Part shown: positions 25,899 to 37,266 of the stretch, piece by piece
How positions within the stretch are numbered: position 1 is the stretch's first letter
Layout: the number at the start of each line of letters is the position of its first letter
Source of the DNA: Nageia nagi
Lineage: Eukaryota > Plantae > Pinophyta
DNA: 64,000 nucleotides
Reading direction: 5' to 3'
NCBI GenBank assembly: GCA_050084985.1
Contig: JBITNC010000001.1
Coordinates: 153,822,001-153,886,000 of the forward strand
Made by a program: the position numbers and the translations under genes
Notes under the pieces: model-generated
Told to the model about the DNA's origin: nothing
Databases searched by the model: none
The model's input: the letters and a program-made list of their open reading frames with translations, nothing else

Positions 25899-26825
25899 AT
25901 GATGGGTATGGCATTGCTGCCTTCCTCCCTACCTGAAGCGGTGTCTCTAGGATTTGGGATTTTGTTGTTAATATGGATTCTATCCAGATACGGAAGAAAT
26001 AGTAGTAGAGGGAAGTTTCCTCCAGGTCCACGTCCATGGCCAGTTATTGGAAATCTTCCTCATCTGGGGACACTTCCTCATCGCAATCTCGCAGATCTTG
26101 CCAAGCGTTATGGGCCATTGGTATTTCTTCGTTTGGGCTCCGTCCCGACTCTTGTGGTCTCTTCTTCCTCGATGGCGAAAGAGGTCCTCAAAACTCACGA
26201 TCTGGTTTTTGTCAACAGACCCAGTTGTGCAACTGGAAAATACTTGCTGTATGACCATAAAGACGTGGGTTATGCACACTACGGAGAGTATTGGAGACAC
26301 ATGAAAAAGCTCTGCACCATGGAGTTGCTGACCGCCAAAAGAGTCGAGTCCTTCGAAAGCGTAAGGGAGGAAGAGGTCTCCTCTATGATCCATTCTCTGT
26401 GGGAAGAAAGCGGGTGCGGGATTCATCCTGTGGATGTGAGCAAGAGCCTCAGCTCCATGTCACAGAAAATTATTTGTAGGATGTTTGCCAGCAGAACATA
26501 TTCTGAGGATGAGTTGGGTGAAGGCCATGAGTTTAAAAAACTGGTTAATGAGTTTTTCGCCCTTGCGGGTGAGTTCTGCATTGGAGATTTCATTCCTTAT
26601 CTGGACTGGTTGGATCTTCAAGGCGTCCATCATCGCATGAAAAAGCTTGCAAAAGTGTTTGACGACTTTCTTGAGAAAGTAATCGACGAACACATCCAAC
26701 GCAGAACAACATCTGATGGTGAACACCAGAAAGAGCGTGTGAAAGACATGGTAGATGTGCTGCTGGACTCGGCTGAGGCAGAGGGCAACACCATGTCAAG
26801 CGTCCCCGTCAAAGCAATCATACTC
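25899..26825 (+). CDS. CYP750: Cytochrome P450, CYP71 clan, CYP750-like; exon 1 (309 codons)
   Basis: N-terminal membrane anchor, PPGPRPWPVIGNL hinge, WxxxK C-helix, and REEEVSSMIHSLWEES / IGDFIPYLDWLDLQG segments typical of gymnosperm CYP750; ends KAIIL|GTGAG at the conserved phase-0 A-type P450 intron position. The start could be the ATG at 25899, 25902 or 25908. Family assignment is by eye; CYP736 is the nearest alternative. Confidence 0.9.
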
Positions 26826-27476
26826 GTGAGTATAAGTTTCATGTTAGATACTAATTTATCATGTTTTGTTAGTTGTAATAAAATAAAAAAGTACTGACTA
26901 TTCTATATCCTTAAATTGATCATATAGTTTTATTGTTTTGTTTGCTTTTATAGTCCTTAAGATTCTTTCATTATCAACTGGTAAAACTTAAGTATCTTGT
27001 CATTTGTAATAAAATAAAAAAGTATTGACTATTCTACATCCTTAGATGGTGTTTTTTGAGATATTATGTTATTTTACACTGTAGGATCTACTTTTATTTT
27101 ATTACAACATACAATTATTTTATTACAACATACAAGAAGAATCCTACTAACCCTAGAACTATCTATTATTTAACTGGATTGTACTGTTGAGTCCCATTGA
27201 TTTCTATTTTTCTATTTATATTTCTCATAAACTGATTTCTTTCCCAAATTCGACTACATACTTTGAGCGTATATGTAACCTTGATCTTAGTTGAAAATGT
27301 CAAAATTTTAAAGATGGAGTCTTGATTCATCCAGCTGAAAGAGTTTCTGATTGTTTTTTGTTTTTAATATATGGTTTACTCTCATGGTAGAGGGTACAGC
27401 AGTACTCTTTTATCTTGTTACAATTCATAAGCAGTTCAATTTCAGGTTGAGCTACAAAAATTCTACTACTGTGCAG

Positions 27477-28103
27477 GATATGTTGTTGGCGGGAATAGAA
27501 ACATCGTCCACAGCAATAGAATGGGCGATGAGTGAATTGCTGAAGAACCCTTATACACTGGCAAGAGCTCAACAAGAACTGGACTCTGTCGTGGGCGGGC
27601 ATCGCCTTGTGAAGGAAAGTGACTTGGAAAGCTGTGAGTACTTGCAATGCGTAATCAAAGAAACATTTCGGTTGCATCCACCGCTGCCACTTCTTGTTCC
27701 CCGCGAGTCCAGAGAAGATTGCTGCGTGGGCAAGTATTTCATTCCTTCAAAAACACGGGTACTAATAAATGTGTGGGCGGTAGGAAGAGATGAGAGTATT
27801 TGGGAAGATGCAAACAGCTTCAGGCCTGAGAGATTCATTGGCAAAGATATAGACATGAGAGGTCAGGACTTCGAATTGATTCCGTTTGGAAGTGGAAGGA
27901 GGGGATGCCCAGGAATTTCCGCAGGCTTGAGGGTCGTTGAAGTGACACTTGCTCAGTTGCTGCACTGCTATGATTGGAGTGTTGAGGGTGAGGAGGTGAA
28001 GATGGAGGAAGCTTTTGGGCTCACAGTTCCTAGAAAATCACCTCTGTTTGCCTGCCCTTCGTGGAGACTTGACCACCAGCAATTAAGCATGCTTTTGGGA
28101 TGA
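27477..28103 (+). CDS. CYP750: Cytochrome P450 CYP750-like; exon 2 (spliced protein about 517 aa)
   Basis: TGCAG|GAT ATG acceptor; I-helix AGIETS, ExxR (KETFR), PERF and heme motif FGSGRRGCPG; open to TGA at 28101-28103. Confidence 0.92.
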   Translation, partial: DMLLAGIETSSTAIEWAMSELLKNPYTLARAQQELDSVVGGHRLVKESDLESCEYLQCVIKETFRLHPPLPLLVPRESREDCCVGKYFIPSKTRVLINVWAVGRDESIWEDANSFRPERFIGKDIDMRGQDFELIPFGSGRRGCPGISAGLRVVEVTLAQLLHCYDWSVEGEEVKMEEAFGLTVPRKSPLFACPSWRLDHQQLSMLLG

Positions 28104-29442
28104 TCAATTCGACTAGTGTAATAAAATGGTGGCCATAACCTGCTTGCTATTGTGTGGTAATACTGTAAAAGTTTCCTCAAATGTTTCGAATCATATTTTA
28201 TTATCATTGACTATAACTCGGAGATTTATATGATGAAAGTAATCTTTTCTAAAAATCTATATAATATATAGTTGTACATTTGTTTTATGATTGTCATGTG
28301 ATTATTTTATATGGTTTTGAATTATATGTATTTTTGAAAAGAATTTAAAATTTTGATTTTATTTTACTGTTTTCTTGCTTGGATCTATTAGTTTAGGTTC
28401 GTTTATTACATAGGTTAGAAATTTAATTTTAAGAAATATTGAGGGAAATTAAATATTTTATTGTTATGGATATGAGATTTAATATAACTTCTAACTCTTC
28501 ATTTAATATTTTTGCATAATTTTTACAATCATGATGGTACATTTATATGTTATATGTATCTAATTATCATTTAGGATATTTTAATCATTAATGTAGGCCT
28601 CTCTTCTATCAAGATTAATACCTAATTCTAGTCATTATTTTATAGTGTATAAGAAAATAAAGATATTATGAAGCCTAAAGAAGCTAAGATCCATGCCTCT
28701 TAAGGTTTAAGATCTTCCTATCAAAAATGTTGATGCATTCTACCAATTGTCATAATGTTTACAAGCACATTAATAATATGTTAGCAAAAATCATCCCTTC
28801 ATATAGTTTACAATGTCACTATATATTTGTTGTGTGTCTTTACTATCTTCATTTGTATCATATTTACTTATTTTAATTATCATGATACATTGTTTGTTAG
28901 TTGATTTTCATGCAATGCAATAATGATCATGGATAAAAATTTGAAATAATTATATTTTCAAAAACATATGTACCAAGTTCAAGATAAGTAACTTTAAAGG
29001 AGTTTATGATTATGAAATTTAAATTCATATTTGTAATTCCTTCATCAAATATAATTCGATTATGTAACTTCATTCCATTTATCTTCACAACTTTTTAGAC
29101 CAAGTGAAGTACATGTTTTAAAAGGGGAATCATATCTCTTGGTATTTTTTGATATATAAAGGGTTATATCAAATCTGATAGCATCTGTGGCCACATGATA
29201 TATATGAGGTTACATAATATTTTAAATTTTCAAAACATCACATAATTAAAAGTAAATTTATCCATGAATATTCACAACATTGTACTACATTCAACCAATA
29301 GTTTTGCATCATTGTTCAAAGATACTTTATTAAAACTTATTTAAAACCAATTATTGATAATAACAATGACTATGATTCATTTGAAAGAAAAAATAATCAA
29401 AGTAATATTGAATATTGGCTATTCCAAAGATTTCAGTCTCTC

Positions 29443-32400
29443 TTATTTAGCTTTCCTTTGCACAACTCCTTTTCCTAATTTCATTTTTGCATAATTATCA
29501 TATGGAAATGGTGCCAAAATTTTAATTCCATCCAATGATTTGACATGAGAAATAGCTACAAACATTAGACCTTGTCTCTTCTTTTCTTCAATATCTATTG
29601 TTGCTTTATTAAGTGTCAAGCCTTGTGATTTATGTATTGTCAAGCCCCAAGCCAATCGTAATGGAAGTTAACATGTTCAACCCCTTTCTATTGGTATAAT
29701 TGGAATAGCTTTACCTTGAAATGGACATCTTGTAAAATGATTAAATTCTACCATAACATATGTTGGTAGATCAGGTGGAGAATTCCCTCATTTGTAGATA
29801 ATTTTTTGAATATATCCTAATGCACGATTAACAAGTATAGCTTTTATCCATAAATTAGATGTTAGCATAACTCTTGCATTATTTGCAATTAATAACTCAA
29901 TTTCAAGTTCTTCACTGCCGTCCCCTCCTTATTTCATGCTCCCTGATTTTGTTGCAATACTACGTGTTATTAAAAAATTTAAGTTGAGTAATCGTAACCT
30001 ATTATGAACACACATATTTCATTAGTCAAAAATAGATTAATGTTATATTAAAATTTTGTAAGTACTTCAATATTCAAAATATTGGATATATTTAAAATAA
30101 ATCCATGCTTGTTATGATTATGCACATTTTCATTAGTTGTAAATAGATGAATATTATGATCAAATTCATCCCTTATAGTTGGATCTATATTCAAATTTGT
30201 TCTTATCATCAATAATTTCCAATCATATTCAATTGGATTTGCATATCATAGATTTATTAGAAGTTGATGAAATCTTTTTTAATCTTCACTCTTTCCTTCT
30301 TGTCAATTACCCTATCTAATGTTATAATACTCGTGCAATTTTGCCATAATAATTTTGTATGTTTATCATTCACATATGGTGGTCTATCCATAATAGGAAA
30401 TAATTATCCTAAATCACATACTAAAATGATTGACCTTCCTTTGAAGCATATATTCAATTTTTCTGGAAAGCCTTCACGAAGATGATAATCTATGTGTTCC
30501 AACAATTTTTGCCTTATGAAGCTCATTTCATCAATGAGTATATATTTTACATGTTTTATATCTTCTTGAAAAGAATTTAATCTTGTTCCCTCTAATTTAT
30601 CAAAGTCTATAATAGGAATTCAAAGTGCTCCATGGATTGTAGTAGCACCAATGTTGAATGCTGCAACTCTGATAGGTTCAAGTAAAAAAAGGGAAGAATG
30701 TTCTATAGTTGAAAGGTCTTGAAATACTTGACGAAGTGCTCCAATTAGATAAGATTTTTCTATTCTTCTTGTTCCTTGAATTATCATATGTAAAGGGTCT
30801 ACATTTGGACCTTGATTATAATGTATCATAATTAAATCATATGCTTACTTTTGTTTTATACTGAGGCTCTCATACTGGTGATTTGAAGGGGCATCATCAT
30901 CAATAAAAGAACCATTTTGTTTCATTTTGGTTATCTAATTTATTACTTTATTTGTGTATTCTTCTAATTGATATTCATTATCCCATTGTGCTTATCTATC
31001 AATATCTCTTCTACCAAGCATATCTATTTCTTTCATTGCAAAGTGATTTACACGATGTAATTGGGCTATGATTTCCCACTCATTCTCAATTATGTTTTGT
31101 TGAAATTTTAGATCATCATCATATTTTGAATCATTATGATGTTCTTAATTTGTATTATAGATATTAATTATTCTCTCAATATGTCAAGGCCTATAGTTGA
31201 ATGCCTCTCAATTTGATATGATTGTATTATCATCAACCCCGATATCTCTTTTTATATTTCTAAATGGATTGTAAAGTAATAACTCTGACGAACAAAATTT
31301 GATAAATTTTTCTAATTATTTTTTAGGAATGATGATAAATCATGTCCATGCCCTTACAATAGCTGCATTTTTTTGGTATTCTATTTGAACTCACTTCTCT
31401 AACTTAGAGTATATATCCATGATCAAGCTGCATCAATAAGTGAAATAGTTTCCATTGTACATGGTCATTGAATATATTCATCAATTAAAGATTTGTTATT
31501 TCTTTCAGTTTCTTCTTCATCACTTTTTTCTACCTCCTTGAAAACTTTTCGTCCAACATTTAGAGATATAAAGACTCGACTACATTCAACCAACGAAAGA
31601 TCTAATAACATATGACATGTTTCTTATGCTCCTATATCTCTCTCAATAATGGTTTTTGTTAAAAGATGCCTATAATATTTTGTTGCTAAATCATCATCAT
31701 TTTCCAAATTTGCAATTTGCATCAACATTTGATGACAGGTTTCAAAAATTTTCTCATCCTTAGCAGCATATTTAGCAATATAATTCATAACATCATGTTT
31801 TGATAAAATAGGTTGCTAGTCTATATTTGCTCTCCATAATTGTAATATATATTGATTATGTGTATTAACTTAATAATCATTTCTTGTTGGTTCATACTTT
31901 TTATCTTTTGTTTCTAGATCTTCATATAATTTGGATCCATCTAAACGTAAAGGTCATGGTGCATTATACCTATAAAAGGAAAAGTATATTATCATAATGG
32001 ATTATATATTTAAAATAATAGATATATCAAAGTAGTTATAAGTGTTTACCTACAAACCATCTTTCCTCTTTTTTTTGTAAGCATGCACCTTCTCTACATA
32101 CAATATGATGTTCTACACAATTGAGAATCTTTTCATAATCAAGATTTAAGTCTACTTGATCAAATTGACTTGTATTCCTTAAACATGGATGTTGATTAAC
32201 ATATTGAAGAACCTAAAAAATAAATACAATGGTTATTGATTTATTTTGCATATTGTATTTACAAAATGAAATTAAAGAAATTGATAATTTATGCACACAT
32301 GTATATTTTGTTGATATGGATCTTCTCTAGGATTCCATGCATGAACAATATTATCAAAATATGTTTATGCATTTTTCACATGTTCTTCAATCGTTCAATC

Positions 32401-34500
32401 TAAATTATCCATGTTTGGACCTCCCTATATCCATAGGAAGCCATGCATATGTGGGGAGCCCTTATGTTGCCATTCATATCTACACCAAAATTCTTTGATT
32501 TGCATTCATTTTTGTAATACCTCCTTTTGAAAAATTGTATTTCATAGATGCATGTAATTGGCTACAATATGTGGATGATCAATAATATTTTATTGTCACC
32601 ATTTTTTTGCTTCTCTTGAATCTGTTGGTGGTGGTCCTGAAATTAATGCATGAAGGTTAGGCCAATACATATCAGCTGCACTTAAAGTGAAGAAAATTAA
32701 AATTGAAGATCCAATTTGATGTAATAAATCACTTAATTTAGCATGACACTTTATCCAATAAGATCTTATGGCTCTCAATGTAGAGCCAAAATGCATTAAA
32801 TAATATGCTAGATGTGATTAGGGAATGTTATCCATGTGTTCTCATAATTTATTGATGTAGTGGGTAAATCTTAAAGGTTCTTCTTCACAAATATTACTAA
32901 ATAATTCTAAACATGATATATCATTATCATATTCATTATAAAATACCTAAATATTGGATGCTTTCCAAAACAGTGATCTCTATATCGAAATAAATATTTT
33001 GCAAATTCATGAAGATAGACTTTTCTATTTCTTGCTTCTATCCCATCATAGCTTTCATGGGAATAATGTCAAAAATGCCATATCAAGTAACCCTTCTATG
33101 ATACACTCATTTATAGGATATGATCTTATTCTAGGTCAATCAATAAGTGGTGTTGGTTCTGTATTAGGGTTGTTTACCCATGCATGAATCAAGTCCATCT
33201 CTCTTGGTGCATTAGGTGGTTTATAGGCTATATATGTTGTGTGGTCAATGATATTTTTTCATCCATCTCAATTGTTGGACCCATTACTACATATTCATTC
33301 ATATCAGAATTGAACTCCATATGAATAGAGTTTAGAATGGTTAAATACATTTGTATCTGTATTGGCTGGGAGATCTCTTAAAACATCTTCATTAATTTGC
33401 ACATCCTTATAAAACTTATCATTTTCTATCTTATACTTCAAAGATTTAAATACCCTTTCTTTATTTAGTGTGAAATTGTAATTTGTGCCAAATTGATCTT
33501 TTCTTTGAATAATAATGATTACTAATTAATTTATAGAATGAGGTAATATCTTTATAATTTCTTTCACTTCTTGTGGAAAGCTGATTGTATGCCCTTTGTA
33601 CTTATATTTCCCTCTAGTGGCATGTGTTACTTATATGTCTACATCTATTGCATGCTATACCTTAAGTAATAAATAGTACCATCATTCCAAGATAAGATTC
33701 TTAACAAATATAACACATGGATGGTGATGCAAGTTTTTGCAATTGATTTCAAAATAAGGTTTGCATTTCTTTTAAATCCATTCAAATATTTGTATTAGTA
33801 TTTTCATATGTTCTATTAGGATCTATATGATTTGTATTCATTTGTAAACCTTCTACATTTCTTTATCTTAAATGACGTGTTGAAGGTGTCTCACCCATTT
33901 CAGTTGCTTCATATTGTGTTTTTCACACCATAATTATGTTTCTAGCATTTCTTTCAAGAAATGAGGATGCATCAAAAATACTTACATTATTATGAGAATA
34001 ATTACGATGTGTTATTTCCTCCCTTTGACTATCTTCCTTAGCTTGTCTAGTAAGTTGAAGTCATCGATCATTTTCACATTTTCTCCTAGCCTCCTCAAGT
34101 TGAAATTTTGTCTAATTCTCTTGGTTTATTATTTATTATTCCATATATATTTGATGTGCTTCTTATCTATGATCTTTTGATATTTTTGCACATGTTTCTC
34201 TCATTTGTTGAGTGTGTATTACTCTTTGTTGTTCATGTTCTTCATTGTACATATTAGAATGAGCTTGTCTCTTTCGTTCAACATTTATTACTCTTTGTTG
34301 TTGTTGGTGTTCATTTGTCATTTTTGCTCTACATTTCGCTCAATTTTCTCTTTATCTTTGTCTTTCTCTCTCTTTATCACTTTCAAACATTCTTTCACAT
34401 CATCGTCGATTATAGTCTCTATGATATCACCTATGTTGCTCTAATCTTTATTGTTCTCTTTGCTCTTGGGAATTCATTCTCTGTCGCAAATTTGCTCCAA
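29443..34500 (-). mobile_element. Degenerate rolling-circle transposon RepHel (Helentron/Helitron2, HLE2-type) with introns; element termini not resolved
   Basis: Minus strand, N to C: charged helical repeats; DUF6570-like segment (GKYKYKGHTISFPQ); MAFLTLFP; Rep motifs FFTLSAAD, RYEWQHKGSPHMHG and NYIAKYAAK; PIF1 helicase motifs (IIQGTRRIEKS, VAAFNIGATTIH, ILIDEMSFI, AWGLTIHKSQGLTL, MFVAISHV). Many stops and frameshifts. Confidence 0.88.
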
Positions 34501-34739
34501 AAACATAAGCAATTCTATTATTATTTTTTTTATCAATTTCATGATACTTATATAGTTTACAAATTATATTTTTTAAATAACATAATCAATATTAAAGTAT
34601 CAAAGTACTTGCCAAATTTTAATATAACATTAATCTATTTCTAAGTAATAAAAATAATGTTAATCTATTTCTAACTTTCCAAATTGATATTACTCTTTAT
34701 CTAAAGCTATTTTATATCAACAAATATAACTAATATAAA

Positions 34740-35295
34740 TAACATATTAAAATTTAAATATAACATTAATATAGTTTAGAAAAGCATTTTAATAAATATT
34801 TTGATATTTCTGAGACCTAAATATAAAAATAACATTAATTGTCAAAATAAAAATAACCTAACTATACAAATAACATTAATTGTCAAAATAATTTGATATT
34901 TTATAACATTAAATATAAAAATAAAAATAATTGTAAAAATAATTAGAAATGCATTTTAATAAATATTTTGATATTTCTAAGACCTAAATAATTAGAAACG
35001 CACTTTAAATATATTTGTAAAAAATGTACATTTCTAAAACCTAAATAAAAAAACCAAATATATTCATTTATTTCTCATACCTAAATAATTAGAAAATCTT
35101 AATTTAACAGAAACAAAAAATTTATGAAACCTAAGAAAAGCTTATATTGGAAATGGTAAATATAACAAAATTCCTAGACCTAAATATTGTTTTGCCTTCC
35201 TTCTTAAGTCTTGATTTCCTAGGCCTAAATATTAGAAAAGTTTATATTATAAATGGTAAATATAATAAAAAATTTTAGACTTAATTATTATTTTC
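34740..35295. repeat. AT-rich direct-repeat array upstream of RepHel, probably subterminal repeats of the element
   Basis: About 46-bp copies at 34776-34821 and 34943-34988; about 60-bp copies at 35134-35192 and 35234-35293; recurring GACCTAAATA motif. Confidence 0.6.
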
Positions 35296-37266
35296 TTTAA
35301 GTGATCATGTTGGATAGTTGAATGTGATGGATTAATCATAACCCTACTTGATATCTCTCCAATCTCAACTCTACTTAATATCTCTCTGACACATATAGTT
35401 TGATGTTAAATACAATATAGATACCCACTTTATACGGAAACCTTTATTATTTTTAAATAAGTTAAAAGTATAATATAAATTTATGCTTTAATATTTAGTT
35501 TAAAACTATGTGTACTATAGATGTTTAAAACTTTATTTACTTTTATAAGCCTCTGTTGCTTAAAATTAATAAGGGTTCAAAGGGACCTTAGAAATATATG
35601 AACTGTATAAAATTATTTAGGTAAGAGTACCTTTAAATGTAGACTTACATTATTTATAAAAATGATAAATTTATCTTCAAGTAATAATACTAAAAATATT
35701 TCAACTATATACACTTAAATTTGATTTTCACATTTAATTACATATAAGGTTTACTAATCCAAATGTAAATCATATTTCAAGTATAAATAGTAAGAAAAGT
35801 TTATTTCAAATTATCAACCTTTATCAATTCTCAAATGATCAAAAACTCAAATAACCAAAAATAATAGATAATACAGAAATTATTGCATGAGAATGGGTTA
35901 GTGGAAGGGATTAATTTGTTCTTTCACCAAAATAATTCATTTTCAAAAAACTAGAATGCATATAAAAATGGTAATAAAACTTAAAATAAGAAATCAAATC
36001 ACAATAAGTCAAATTTAAATGTGATGGAAAATTAAGAAAAAAAATTAGAAAAAATAGAATCAATAGTTTCAAGGATAATAAACAAAGATAGGGATATGTT
36101 ATAAATTTGATGATATAATTCGAAGTCCTCTTTCATGAGAAATCCTTAACGATCCAATGATAACATATTATTAAAAAAATAAAATTTAAAAATTTAAAAA
36201 AAAATTAATGGTAATGATGATCCTAAACAAGATCCTTTGACTTTCTCAGAGGAATATAGTATCAAATTTAGATAGAATAGTAAATAAATGTCTATATTAT
36301 TTTCTAGGATTTTGAAGGTGAATAATCATAATAGTTGTATAAATTTATATGAAACTCCCTAAATACTTCAACAAGGTATTTTTTGGAAGGTTGTATAAGT
36401 TCATCATTAGATTTAAGTATGGAAAAGCATCAAAATTAAGATAGAAGAAGAGGATATAAATAATATTTTCATAAATTTTATTCTTAAAGAACTTAGACCA
36501 TATACAAGTGAGGCATCAAGTGATTCATTTTGTGTTTTAACAAATAAATTACTTGTAAAGAAAAAAATACTTCATTAATTTTGGAATAATATAATATGAA
36601 AATTTACAAATTCAAACTTTATCCAAAAATATAAAAAAATTAAGAGAAGGATTTGAAAACAATAGAAACTAAAAAGAAAATAACTCTCAGAGGATCAAAA
36701 ATAGATAAAGAAGAAAAGATCACTCTCCCATTCCTCTCATATTCATTTGTCAACCTCATAAATATATATTACATGATATACTCAAGAATGAGAAAGTTTA
36801 AGTTAATATGAGTGTATTGATATTTAAGTTATGGTAGCTTTATGAAACCAAAGTAAGCACATAAGGTTTTATGCAAGTGAAATTCTAAGAAAAGATATTA
36901 TGGATCAAGTTTTAACATTGTATAATAAGGTAATTGGTTTTGGTTTAAAATTTAAAAGATTTCTTTTGGAAACTAGTTCAATATTGAATATTTATTTAAC
37001 AACTTATTTTGTAACATTTTAAGAAAGATAATATACCACTTATTTAATAATCAAATATGAAGATAAAAGGATTTGATAAATAAAAATAAATAATGTGTGG
37101 CAATCATCAATTTCTCAATAGAATTGTGAACATAGATAATTATGAAATGAAATAATATAATAATAAAAGTAATTCACCACCATCGTATTCATAATTCATA
37201 ACCATAACAATAACTATTCATAACCATAGTAATATGTACTTCATAATGAGTATCCAAATATAAATA

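Noticed and set aside
27351-27476. N-terminal 42 residues of the 250-aa ORF
   Set aside because: Intronic; the acceptor TGCAG precedes the conserved DM of the I-helix.
28112-28140. ACTAG plus a weak hairpin as a canonical Helitron 3' end
   Set aside because: The stem is only 4 bp, it lies in the P450 3' UTR, and the RepHel is not of the CTRR-ending type.
25855-28207. Several antisense and alternate-frame ORFs overlapping the P450
   Set aside because: Shadows of a GC-richer coding sequence; no motifs.
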